DNA from: Ancylonema sp.
Taxonomy: Eukaryota
NCBI GenBank assembly: GCA_050230475.1
Contig: JBFLGF010000127.1
Location: 1 to 64,000 of the forward strand
Length of the DNA: 64,000 nucleotides
Reading direction: 5' to 3'
Made by a program: the position numbers and the translations under genes. The notes under the pieces were generated by a model, which saw nothing but the letters and a program-made list of their open reading frames with translations, ran no database searches and was not told the DNA's origin. This document shows, one piece after another, positions 13,501-24,465 of this stretch (position 1 is its first letter; the number at the start of each line of letters is the position of its first letter).

Positions 13501-15843
13501 CCCCCTTTTCTGCCCCGTCCGCCGACCTGCCCCTCTCCCCCCTTTCCCCCCCCCAGGGCCAGATCAGCCCCCCCACCCTGAGCGAGTGCCAGACCTGTCC
13601 TCTGGGCGAGGCCGCGGTGCGTGTGCTGACCATGGCGCACTTCGAGATGGGCAACGGGGCGCTGCCGGACGGGTTCTACACGGGCTGCAGCGGGGACTGC
13701 GGGTCGCCAGGCTGGCGGGCACTGAACGAGGACATGGACTCGGGGGACAGGCATGGCAGCTCTGCGTCAGTAAGCAGAGGGGTCGAGGGCCGAGGGTGGG
13801 TGGGCAGGTGGGTGACGTGCGGAGGGGGATGGGGGTTTGGGGTTGGCAGGTGTGGCTGGGTCTGAATGTGAGCGTGGAGATGGACGGGGAGGTGTGGTTC
13901 AACTACAGCGTCGACATCCCCCTGGAAGACTCCCAGCGAGGCTTCTTCTTCTACATCGACGACACCCTCACAGACAGCGTGCTGGTAACCTACCGCTCCT
14001 CGCCAGGTGGCAGCTGGAAGACGGGAGAAGCACTGACCCCATCCCACATTCCCCCCCCTCAGGCTGGTGATCTGGGCGAGAGTGCAATCCAGGGCACTCC
14101 TGCCGTGAGCGGGCCGTGGGCTCTCGCCCGCGGGGCCCACACCCTCATGTGGAACTACGTGAAGGTGGCAGCAGACCCCAACTACGCCGTGCGCGACAAC
14201 GCCATCATCTACGACATCGAGATACGGGGGGAGGACCGGGGGGGGGCGGAGGGATGCGAACTCATCCCACCTGGGGCGCAGAAGGACCTGCTGGGGATGG
14301 GGTGGGTGGACTGCCCAGCCGGCAGCTTCAGCAGCGGGGGGGAGGGGAAATGCGAACCCTGTCCCGCCAACACCTACAACCCCTCGCCCAAGGTACCCCC
14401 CCCCACGCCCCCCTCCCTCCTATAGACAGAAGTGTGACGTATCCCCCCCCCCCCCCCGGGTCCTGCCTACAGGGCACTGCTGCCGCCTGCCTCCCCTGCG
14501 GCGACTACACCACCTCCCTCGCCAACTCCACCTCCTGCGTCATGGGTGACGTCAGCAACCCAGAGGCGTACTGCTCCGTGGTGTTGAAGTACGAGCAGCC
14601 CCTGTCGAACGGGGAGGAGTGGGTGGTGTACGAGCTGGCGCCCCTCGACCGCGTGCACCCGGGGGAGATGTTCGGCCCTGTGTACGAGAACAGGACAAAG
14701 CACGAGCGCGAGAACGAGCCGCGCTACTGGATCAACCCGTGCGCGCAGCTCAAGGAGAACAAGACGTGTGTGGACTTCGGGGGGCAGCCTCTGGACACGT
14801 ACATCTGCCGGGTGTGGGGGCGGACCGCGTTCGACACCTCTCTGGGCGGCCACAGCCCCGCCCACTCTCTGGGAAGCACGCTGAGTCTGCGCCCTATAGG
14901 CACAGACCCCCGCCTCATGCAGCGGGGGGTGGTGCTGGAGTTCTTGGGGGAGAAGTGTCCCTATAACCAGGGGCTGAGGCAGGCTACTGTCACAATGGTG
15001 TGCGACCCCAATTCCGGGTACGGTCAACCGGAGGCGTGGACCAGCGACGGGCTGGCGACTGTGCTCAATGCGGAGGCTGCGGCTCCGTGGGTTAACCGCA
15101 CGGGGCAGCTGCAGAAGATCGAACAGGCGGACCACTGCAGCTACTCCATGGTGTGGTACACCTCCGTGGCGTGCCCCATGTGCTCGCTGGCCGACATGGA
15201 GTCGGTGGAGGTGCAGGACTGCAAGGAGGGGGTGAAGAGGAGCTATCGGTACAAGGAACCGAAGGTGAGGTCGAAGCGCCTTGACTGGTCGGTGACAGAT
15301 CACGGCAGAGAAGCAGTGCACTCATCCTCCACACTCTTCTTTCTTTTCCCGAAACAGACGTGTCAAACCAGCCCCATGGACCCCCTCCCAGCGGACTTGA
15401 GTTGCTTCCCATGCACAACAAGTAATTACGATGAGGAGGTGGGGGACTGCATCGACAGCCGCGGCTTCAGGAACGTCACCCACCGATGGCAGTCCCCCCT
15501 CAATTGTTGGATGGGGTACGAGAACTCGGTGCAACTTCCGCACGATGTGGTGGCGGGACCGTGCGAACAAACGGTCGTGCAACGGTCGGCGCTGTCGATC
15601 CTGGATTGGTTCCTCATCGTTTTGGGGATTCTGGCTATCGTGGGGCTGAGCGTGTTTGGGGGGCTCACCTTCATGACGAACCAGGAGCTCTATTCCGCCT
15701 ACTCCAAGTTGAAGGGCCAAGAGAAGCTGGGCGATTATGCCATGGAAGAAGGGGATGCGGCTTCGGGGGGGGTGGGCGCACCCCCGACTGCTGAGGACTA
15801 CGATGGTAGCGAGCCGGCAGAGGTGCATCACATTCCGAGCTGA
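8660..15843 (+). CDS. ELAPOR/KIAA1324 (UPF0577)-family type I membrane protein with Cys-rich repeats, beta-sandwich domains, an MRH-like domain and a C-terminal TM helix; multi-exon; first exon not located; assembly has internal duplications and gaps
   Basis: Spliced exons give ...STYTQCN..., CSVCPEGAFSMGGGIR, TSSLVMQVKLVRPGYVRFNY, GYHTLTW, IYDIEIRGEDRGGAEGC, CPAGSFS...CEPCPANTY, YWINPC...C...Y.C, VTMVCDP, CSYSMVWYTSVACPMC, TM WFLIVLGILAIVGLSVFGGLTFM, then NQELYSAYSKL (compare the KIAA1324 tail NQKLEYKYSKL); TGA stop 15841-15843. Confidence 0.8.
9276..9410. repeat. Intronic (AT)n/(TATG)n microsatellite; homologous tract at 10462-10592
   Basis: Long tatatata runs read directly. Confidence 0.95.
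10758..10794. repeat. Interstitial plant-type telomere-like repeats (AAACCCT)n in an intron
   Basis: aaaccctaaaccctaaaccttaaaccacaaaccctga; further TAGGGTT units near 908-930, 9715-9790 and 10969-11010. Confidence 0.7.
11647..14877. repeat. Near-identical duplication: 11647-12713 = 13218-14283 and 12714-13096 = 14495-14877, starting right after an N at 11646
   Basis: Identical ORF translations at offset 1571; first copy has a 1-bp intronic difference and lacks 14284-14494. Confidence 0.92.
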
Positions 15844-16194
15844 GGAGTTTCGTGGAGGCCCGGGCTGGGTGGAGAGCAAATGTTCGGAAATGAGGGGTTT
15901 GGAGGGGTGGATCTATGCTTGTTGGGAGGTCTCCGTTTTCACACTGACCAAGCGGTCAACGCACGACAAGACGTGGGTCGGGAGTCTCTTGACCCATGTC
16001 GAAGTTTGGAAACCAATATTAAAGTGGGCGATGTCTGATGAAGTCTCCATCTACTCGAAGCGTTACGGAACATTCGTTGTAGAGACATCATTTTTATTTG
16101 GTGTGATGAAACAAAGCTTGAGGAATCGCCGATATTTTTTGCGAAATAATGTTGATCGGTGCATGTGAAGGGAAAGCATGGCGGCTCTCGTGGA

Positions 16195-16340
16195 TAATGA
16201 ATAATGAATAATGAATGATGAATGATGAATAATGAATAATAAATAATAAATAATCAGTAATCAATAATCAATAATCAATAATAAATAATCAATAATCAAC
16301 AATCAATAATCAATAATCAATAATCAATAATAAATAATAA
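16195..16340. repeat. AAT-rich compound microsatellite (AATAATG/AATAATC/AATA)
   Basis: Read directly, downstream of the ELAPOR stop. Confidence 0.95.
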
Positions 16341-16709
16341 AAAATGATGCGTGGGGAAGCTACGTTGCCCCCGAATGTGGGTGTTTTGTGCGCAATGGTC
16401 GAGTTGCACTTCGCGTTACTAATCTGTCCCTATGTCAGGTTGACGAGGCATACTCGTGCATGTTTCACGCGTCGAGGGCAGTTGTTGTTTGACACCTAGA
16501 ATTCGCTTGTGACCCAAGTCAAATTGCGCACAGCCAACCGGACATCTCCGCAAAATGCTTGCCATGTGAGGCTCCATCGCCATGTCGTTGGTGGCAACCA
16601 GATATTGTGATCAAGCCAATGAGCTTTTATGGTGGACCACATACCTTTAGTAGCTTAGCATTACACCCAATCGGCAGTATCGACATGAGAGCTTCACACA
16701 CCCACTGAG

Positions 16710-17760
16710 CGCGGCACTTCACACTATGTTGCATTGTCCTACCTTGTTTGCGGTGAGTGCAGCAACGTCCTTGTATGTGTTCACACAACTTATGACTTGG
16801 TAGCCTGTTAGGACCACTCTAGTGTGTGCGCCTAACTAGAGTCGAACCCGTCACCTAGCCCGCGTCACCTAGCCCGATTTGAGTGAGTGACCATTTAATT
16901 CGTGTCGCTTTGCTTTTAAGTTTCCGTACACTTGGTCATCATTTCTATCTTTCGATTAATTCCGTTAACTATTCGTTTCGCTTCGCTCGCTTCATTCACT
17001 AGAGCTCACTTCATCCTAGTTCCTCCTTTACTATATAGCATTGATAGGAATGTCTTACATTTCGTTCCTATCAACTCATGTACTTATGTTTCCCTCTTAG
17101 TGCAATATTCCCCTTCCCCATTCTGCTCTCGTTTCCACTTCACTTCATTCCTCTTTTCCTTATCCTATTCTCTTCATTAATTTTCTATCCCTCATCCATC
17201 TCTTGCACTAGTCTCACCTTTACACTTAGCCTATACCAACGACTGCACTTCAAGTGTCACCCACGTTGTTGGATAAATTGCATACTTCGTCGACACCCTT
17301 GATCATGTACGACATGATCATTGTAGAATGTCATTGTTATCTGGATGCATGAACACGACTGTGTGGGTAACACGATTATGTATGGGTGGCCGGCATGCAC
17401 GCTAAACAGGGCGCATGCTATACTTTTACTGCATGAGATTGCATATGCTTGACTCAAAAGCAAATGTCACATTAGTCCAGATGGTTACGAGCGAATATAT
17501 ATTCCCCATCGGCCCATTACAAGTTTCTAGGACGATTGATAGGCTATGAGGCTCATGTGTAGTCAAAACAACTTGGTTCTTGTGGGCTAAATTATATTTG
17601 GAAATGTGCAAGAGGCTTGACTACATTAAGAGGTTGGTAGCCATATACAATATTTGTTCCTGCAATAAAAACTTTTATTTGTTGTTTGGCGGAGTTGTTG
17701 GTCCACCATTCACACATTTCCAGTTAGGCGCTAACCGAAATGTCTTCGTGTTTGTGTAAA
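16710..17760 (-). pseudogene. Decayed Mutator (MULE) transposase C-terminal region, interrupted by a solo LTR (boundaries approximate)
   Basis: Minus strand, in order: TNNSA (~17690), SWIM-like LFSV..HPYIIVLPTQSCSC (~17350-17410), and beyond the LTR a degenerate CxxC..GHN..C knuckle (CTHRKQ-G..NAT*C, ~16720-16765). This matches the MULE C-terminal motif order. Confidence 0.45.
16806..17226 (+). mobile_element. Solo LTR related to the chromovirus LTRs at 53080 and 58972
   Basis: Starts TGTTAGGACCACTC (14/14 with the gypsy LTR); shares the TATA-hairpin-CAACTCATGTACTTA block; ends ...TACA-CT; flanked by direct repeat TAGCC (16801-16805, 17227-17231). Confidence 0.7.
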
Positions 17761-18369
17761 GATGGGTGAGAGCTTTCGGCATTTAACCATCAGATCGTAC
17801 CCTGATAGGAACCTAACCATTCAATATACCTTGGAACTTCACAAAGACTTGCATTGATATGAAAAAGGGTCGGGATCCATTCCCCATGTTGAGTGAAAAG
17901 GGATTGACAGGTGTGAGATATCGATACACTCAATCAATCAGTCAACAATGTATTTGTGTGACTTGAAGTTGATCCTATGCCGAATTCATGTGATTTCTTA
18001 TGTGCAGGGAGGATGTGAGGAGGCGCGATCTCTGTGGCCCAAGGTGACGGTTTCTCGTGTCTTATTCACTAAACCCTCTGTTGTGTGTGTGTAAACACAA
18101 CAGAGACACGCTTAAACTGCGAGAAAATTTGAAAACCTGAAACTGAATGTCATAATTGCCTACTCCACCCTTTTTATCCTCCTCGATGTTTTCATCTTCT
18201 ATTACAACTCATCGAGTGGTAATCACTGCCTGACTGCCTGACTGTTGACGTGAAGGCTACTGACAATGAATCTGATTCATTAAAAAGAATCGTGAAGATA
18301 AAGAAATGTCCTCTTCCCATTCCCTCCGATCAAAGAGGTCGCTGATGTCACTTCACTCTCGTGGTGGAC

Positions 18370-19903
18370 TCACTCTTCGGCTTCATCTTCGGCCATGTCA
18401 GCTCCAGAGGCAATGGCTTTCGTGGTGCTTATGTACAACACTGTGAATCACCGCAAAGAGTAAACCAAACAATTGGACACCGACAACCGATCCATGTGTT
18501 GCCGCGAACAAGATGGCCGTTTGGAAGCTCAAATTCCTGACCACACTACGTGGTGGACGAGCCAAACCTCATCTGAATCTGAGAGTAAAACAACTCCGAT
18601 AAAGAATATGGAATGGAAATGGTTGATACAGGCCGAAAGCACTGAAGCTGATGCTCACTGCTCCAATGCATGCAAAGGTAATCACTCTTGTGTGGTTCCC
18701 AACACAAGAAGGCACACAGACTTGCATCGAGGTCCAGAAGCAAATCTACAAAAATGGATGTTTTTTGTAGCAAAGAGAGAGGGTGGAGTGTGAACCGTTG
18801 TTCCCGCGGATGAAGGCATCGCCGTATTTGTTTTTGAGCTGCCCATTCACATACTCCTCTGTCTGCTCCATGGCAATATTCATATACCCATCCAGACATG
18901 CCAAAATGCCTGAAATGCAGAAAAGTGAAACGTCGACATTCATGAATCCAGTGGTAAACATTGTATTAAATTTACCCGAGATATCACCCTCGAGCTCTGG
19001 GAGGTGAGTCAAGAGAACGAGCTCTTGGTGCTTCCGTCTAACATTCACGTGCAATGAGTTTGTGGACCCCTTCCACAGTGATTGACGAAATTCTACATAT
19101 TTTTTGGATCGTCTCATGCTTTTGATTCAATACAAAGTTCAGCAAAGTGCTTGTTTTGCTCCAAACATGTTCATGTTATGACTGTACAGATCTTTTTGGT
19201 GTGTAGGTATGTATGTAGGTATGCAGATATGTAGGTATGTATGTAGGTATGTCTGTATGTAGGTATGTAGGTATGTAGGTATGTAGGTATGTAGGTATGT
19301 AGGTATGTAGATGTAGGTATGTAGGTATGTAGGTATGTAGGTCTATGTAGGTATGTAGGTATGTAGGTATGTAGGTATGTAGGTATGTAGGTATGTAGGT
19401 ATGTAGGTATGTAGGTATGTAGGTATGTAGGTATGTAGGTATGTAGGTATGTAGGTATGTAGGTATGTAGGTATGTAGGTCTATGGGATTGTAGGTGTGT
19501 AAATGTGAGTTCGTGTGAGCCTTCGTGTTCAATCAGACAAATTCATAAAACACTCTTCTGTCCTCTTTATGTTCTCAACTTCATATCCATTGTCTGCATT
19601 AAAAACCTCCTCGCTCTAGATTTGACACCCAAATGTACAGTAAGAGATCACTGCTTTAAAAGCTTGCTAGTACTTCATGGAGTTCCCACCGTTTCCTGTC
19701 ACTACAGCGTGCTGTTTTCCTACGAATTTTATATTCTTCTTGCTCCTCGAATTTTCTGGCATGCATGACTGCCTTCCAAATTTCCGTGGACCGTAATGCA
19801 ACCTCTCCCTCCCACCTCTGTAGTCAACTCCGGAATTGAGTTTCACCACAACAGGGCGACCACGAATATTCTACAAGAAATCGGCGGGCGTTTTGGCACT
19901 CAT
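18370..19903 (-). CDS. LSM6: Sm-like protein LSM6; exons 19903-19816, 18909-18796, 18440-18370; in-frame TAG at codon 11 (possible pseudogene or null allele)
   Basis: Spliced translation MSAKTPADFL*NIRGRPVVVKLNSGVDYRGILACLDGYMNIAMEQTEEYVNGQLKNKYGDAFIRGNNVLYISTTK...; near-identical to plant LSM6; GT-AG introns in phase. Confidence 0.93.
19200..19480. repeat. (TAGGTATG)n octamer tandem repeat in LSM6 intron 1; partial copy at 31770-31845
   Basis: Read directly; it generates the spurious (HTYIPTYL)n ORF. Confidence 0.95.
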
Positions 19904-20562
19904 ATTGGCGATCAGAAGTCGATGCTAGTCAGAGAGAAGAGGCTCTCTGCTATGTGCTTCCGCACCTAAAAGCTAGCTTGAACAACGTTCATTTCGCCAA
20001 TCCTTCAGCTGAGCACGCAGTGATAAATTTATGTGGTTACTCGGTGCTTGTCAGGGCCAGCGTTCTGTCGTAGTATTTGTTTCCGAGCCAAAGTGGAGCT
20101 GACGGTTTCGAGGATCAGACAGGCATATCCGCCGATGGGTGCATGATAGAAGGCAATTTGTTGCGCCAATCGGCAAAAGTGACGTACATTTCAACTCAAA
20201 TCGCCCCGGAGAGGTCCTAGGTTATGAAAGCGCAACCAGTTTCAGCGCCTGATGGCGGTGTTTCTATTTGGATCTGTGGTGTGCGGGTCGCCAATATGGG
20301 CGAAATGCGTAGCCGGTGGTTGGTTCTGACTCTCCTAACTCAGGAGTCCTGAGGGATCCAGGCAAGGGAAGGCTAAACAGAGTGACGGTTCCACCATAGG
20401 ATCAGTCTGATTTCCGCGCACCTAGATGACCACTACAAACTGAGGATTGCGCTAATGCACGCTATGCCTTTAAGATGCTAACAATCCTGGAATGAGCTGC
20501 TTTCCCGGTCACCTTCTTTACAAAGTTTGCATCTTTACGCCTATATTCCACTTCCAGATATA

Positions 20563-22441
20563 ATGTCGACGCCACAGACAGAAGCCAAGCGCCGCCGCCT
20601 GGAGGCTCTGGAACAACGCCAGGCGGCCACCAGGAATGTCCAGCCGCCCCTTCCAATATCCAAACCAACCAATGCTTCAGGGAAAAACCAACCAAGAGAC
20701 AGGAAGAATAAAAAAGGTGACAGCTTGGTTCGGCCTGATCCTGGGCGCACGTCCGGATCCCGACCGGACCGAATGCAAGAGGCGCCACTTGTCAGTGCTT
20801 TGAGGAGCCCGGGTTGGGACACGTCAGCAGGTGCGGTTCTATCTACGAGTCACTCTACCCATCCAGTTCAGAGATGACTTTAATCGGGAGATAGTTTGTC
20901 ACCCCTCTGAACTCCTAGAATAATGCTGCCACTGATCTCTCCTGACCGCCTGCAATCACCTTTGTGTTTTAAAGAAGACGATATCCGTACACACCGGGAT
21001 GATGTGTACCCGAATACACCCGAGTCTCCTCAAACTCGTCACCCGCGTTAGACCCAAAAACGCCACCAGACACTGCGTTGTGTCACTGCTCTGATTGCTG
21101 ATCGCTTTTCTGAGGCAGCCTCACACAGCGTTCCAGAAGAGCCGCTCTATCGGAGGATCAGTGATAGGCTGCAGGGAGGATGGGCTGCGAAGGGGGAGGA
21201 GGTAAGATAAGAGGGATCGCTATTGGGGGCCTCTCATCACAATCAACAATCACCAATGGTTGCACGCACAGAATTTGGTCACGACTGTTATTTGACCATC
21301 TGTTATGCTGCTCATTTTTCATCCTCTCTCTCTCTCTCTCTTTCATTCCCCAATGGCTGCAATGCACACTTCAAGGCAGCGCAGTGGGGGGGCTTCTTGC
21401 CTGATCCAGGTGTCAGCGTCTGGTAGGCCAGACCCTCTGGCCACCACCTCCCCCACCGCTGCTATCGAAACCCTCCTTCGAGTCCTTTTGAAGTCCACAA
21501 ACCGATCCGCTGATGCAAGCGCGATTTTGGAGAGCAAAGTGTACGGAAAGAATCTGCTTTTGCACAATCCGATGGGGCAGGCAACGGCGAGTGAGAGGAG
21601 GCGAGAGAGGGAAGGGAGGGAGAGGGCGCAGAGGTCGAAGATCAGGATGGGGGCAAAGGAGCGGAGGGAAAAGAAGGTGTTCCAGATCCAGCCTCACTGC
21701 CAGAAGTGAGGGAGAAAGGTGACCTGTCGCAAATGACACCTACTGACAACAGTGTCTGAAAGTGTCTTCAGATATGTTCTGTATGCCCCCCTGGAAGCCC
21801 TTTGGAAGCAGTACATGACAAAATTGCTCAAGGGGAGCAGGTGAGTGAAAATACTGCCTCCATTGCGCACTCTTCCCCCTCCAAGGCTCCTTTTTTCAAT
21901 GAAGAAGTGAAGCAGAAACAGGAATTTTGCAGCGCACTTGTCTGGCTCTGAAGGGATGTCGAGGGGGGGGTTCGAGTTCTCAGTGGCAGTATGGTGACGT
22001 CCCGGCTGATGTCAGCGGACTTCCACGGAGCCGTGATGACAGGTGGGGGGTGGTGGAGAGAGAGTGATGTGTTGTGGGCCTATGAGGGGTTGACACGTGG
22101 AGGTTGTGCAGTGACTGAAGCGAGAGACCCCATCCATGTGGGAATCAAGGGAGTGGTAGTGAGAGAGAGTGAGAAGGCTTTCTACATCCTCACACAAGCT
22201 GACAAGCTGCGAGGTACGGCAGCCATGGCCAACCCTCACTGTACCATCCCAGAAAATCACCTGATATCTCTTGTGGTTCTCCGGGCTTTGGGGTGGAGCA
22301 GTGGTGCCGAAAATTGGAGTGGTTTTCGCATTTCCATGGGGGGAATCGGAAGTGAAGCTGTTTGGGTCGCAGTTGGTGGGCCGGGATGGGAGTCAAGCGG
22401 GCAAAGGGGGGAGCAAAGAGAGGCCTACCATTCGGCTATGA
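20563..22441 (+). CDS. POP4: RNase P/MRP subunit POP4 (Rpp29); exons 20563-20830, 21119-21201, 21410-21705, 21772-21840, 21984-22042, 22112-22213, 22302-22441
   Basis: Spliced product contains KYVLYAPLEALWKQYM, LMSADFHGAVMTV, VGIKGVVVRESEKAFYI, LRVVPK...VF...VKLFG and ends PTIRL*; all introns GT-AG and in phase. Confidence 0.88.
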
Positions 22442-24465
22442 TTGTACAAAGTTCAAGTCACGGGAAACAAGATGGTCGAGGGCTGATTTCGGGTGCTCTT
22501 TTGTACATTTGTAGTATGCCATTGATTGTTTGATACTGTATTTTGTACATTTTAGAACAAGGTGGACTTCAATGTTTGGGCTAGGAGAACAAGGGGCGAA
22601 AGCCTTCCAACGAGACGCCCCTCAAATAATAACCTTTTGAATAAGATGAACCGCACATTTCGTTTATGAAGTTTGGGATAAAGGCGATTTGGATGATACC
22701 TACCTCACACCACGTCAACCAGCAAGCCTCCTACTTGTCTGGCTACCTCAACTACCCCCCAATATTCAAAAGGGATTTTTTTTAAACAATCTAGTGAAGG
22801 GTAGTAACGTCTTTTTAGGACAGTCAAAGTAAAGAGGGTAGATGTGGATAGGAATTGGGACCGTTGGATGAGGTTCCCGAGGAGTGATAGGACCGAATGA
22901 GGTCCGATCACATATGTTACAAGTTTATGTAGTAGCCTCAGCTAGTGGATCATGCAAGTAGCACGGCATCTTCCTATCCTGCCTTACTAATTTACGGCGC
23001 CGACTCAGCCGCCTCAACTAGCCGACTTACTAACTCATCCACTGAGAGATTAGCACGCTAGGACAGATGTTACCCTCTACCTCACTTCTCACTTGAACTG
23101 GTAAGATGTTAAAAGAGACTACAGAAGCGTCATGCTGAGACTATAGAAGCGTCATGCTGGCGGCGCGCAGCTGCAGCCTAGTGTGTACAGGAGTCGCAAA
23201 CTGGCCCATCTCGCCTTGTCGCCTTCTTGCCACTTAAGCCGACTTACGGCGCCCTTAACGCGACATGAATCTTGCAAGCGAGGTTACAAGGAAGCTCTCT
23301 GCTTAAGATGGTTGGTAATTTAGGTGCCGCCATATGTGCCGCAGGTGGCGGAGCAATCATACCGTTTCGTCTAACTACGGCCTTAGATTCTGTCCGACAC
23401 ACTTAAAGTTAAATACGTCCAAGGGACAAGTGTCACTTTACGAAACTTATCGAGGAATACCCACGCGCTTTCAGTTTCAGAATAAGCCGTAACGTACCCG
23501 TATAATGTTCATCGTACATACAACCTTGTATAGCCGCCTTATATCGTTATAGATACTCTCGTCTTATAAGCACGCTCTACCGTATAGGCACCATTTCATC
23601 GTGCAAGTCTATCGCGTCAAGTAGGTACCATTATCTTATAAGCACTTTCGCTGTATAAGCACAAATATTCACCATACAAGCACACGATCTAATATAGCCC
23701 GACACATGCATTCCTGTATCTATACTTGTCAACAAAAAAGCAAAGACAAGACCATCCCATCATGACAATCTTTTGTGTTCCTTTAAATGTGCCTCATGTG
23801 CCTTGAAATGGATGGACGAAGTAAACGACCATTACCTTGGAGAGCCATCGCATCTCACAAACTACATGCGAGTGAATATGATACCATTGGAAGTATTCAC
23901 ACTCCAATCAGCAAATAACACAAAATTTCATGGCGAATTTTTTTCGGCGATATGGCAGACGAAGTTCATGATTTCTGAGAGCAGAATTTTGAGTTTCCCT
24001 TGTTCCAGGCACATCTGCCTCAGGGGCCCTGGTAAATGAGCCTGTAACGCGATGTCCATGTTACAGAAACAACCACGTAATAGGCATACGTGTGCCTACA
24101 ACGAGCATTTACTGTACTTGGTTACCTATGACGAAGATTATTTGTCGGGGTAAGTTCGGATCCGTACGCGTCCGACCCCGCTCCGACCGGATCCCGCCAC
24201 GCATCCGACCCAGAGTTTAGACCCCAGCGGTCCACACGATATTGGTGCCTATTACGCAACTATGCCTACAACGAGTATTTGCTGAACTTTATCGGCCGTT
24301 TGAAATTTCAATTATTTAATATAAATTTTCACTTCGCCCTCTGTACATGGCCACCATGGCACCATTGTACCGGCTAGAAGAGATGACAAAGCATGACATG
24401 AAGCGTGACATGAAGCGAGAGAACAGGCCTTGATGTTGATGACTATGAACACCAGCCACGAGAAA

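Noticed and set aside
14467..15879. Long antisense ORFs opposite ELAPOR and the retroelements
   Set aside because: Expected shadows of GC-rich coding sequence; no recognisable motifs.
19176..19532. Repetitive ORF (HTYIPTYL)n, and the YIYIYI ORFs at 9247 and 10348-10766
   Set aside because: Translations of intronic microsatellites.
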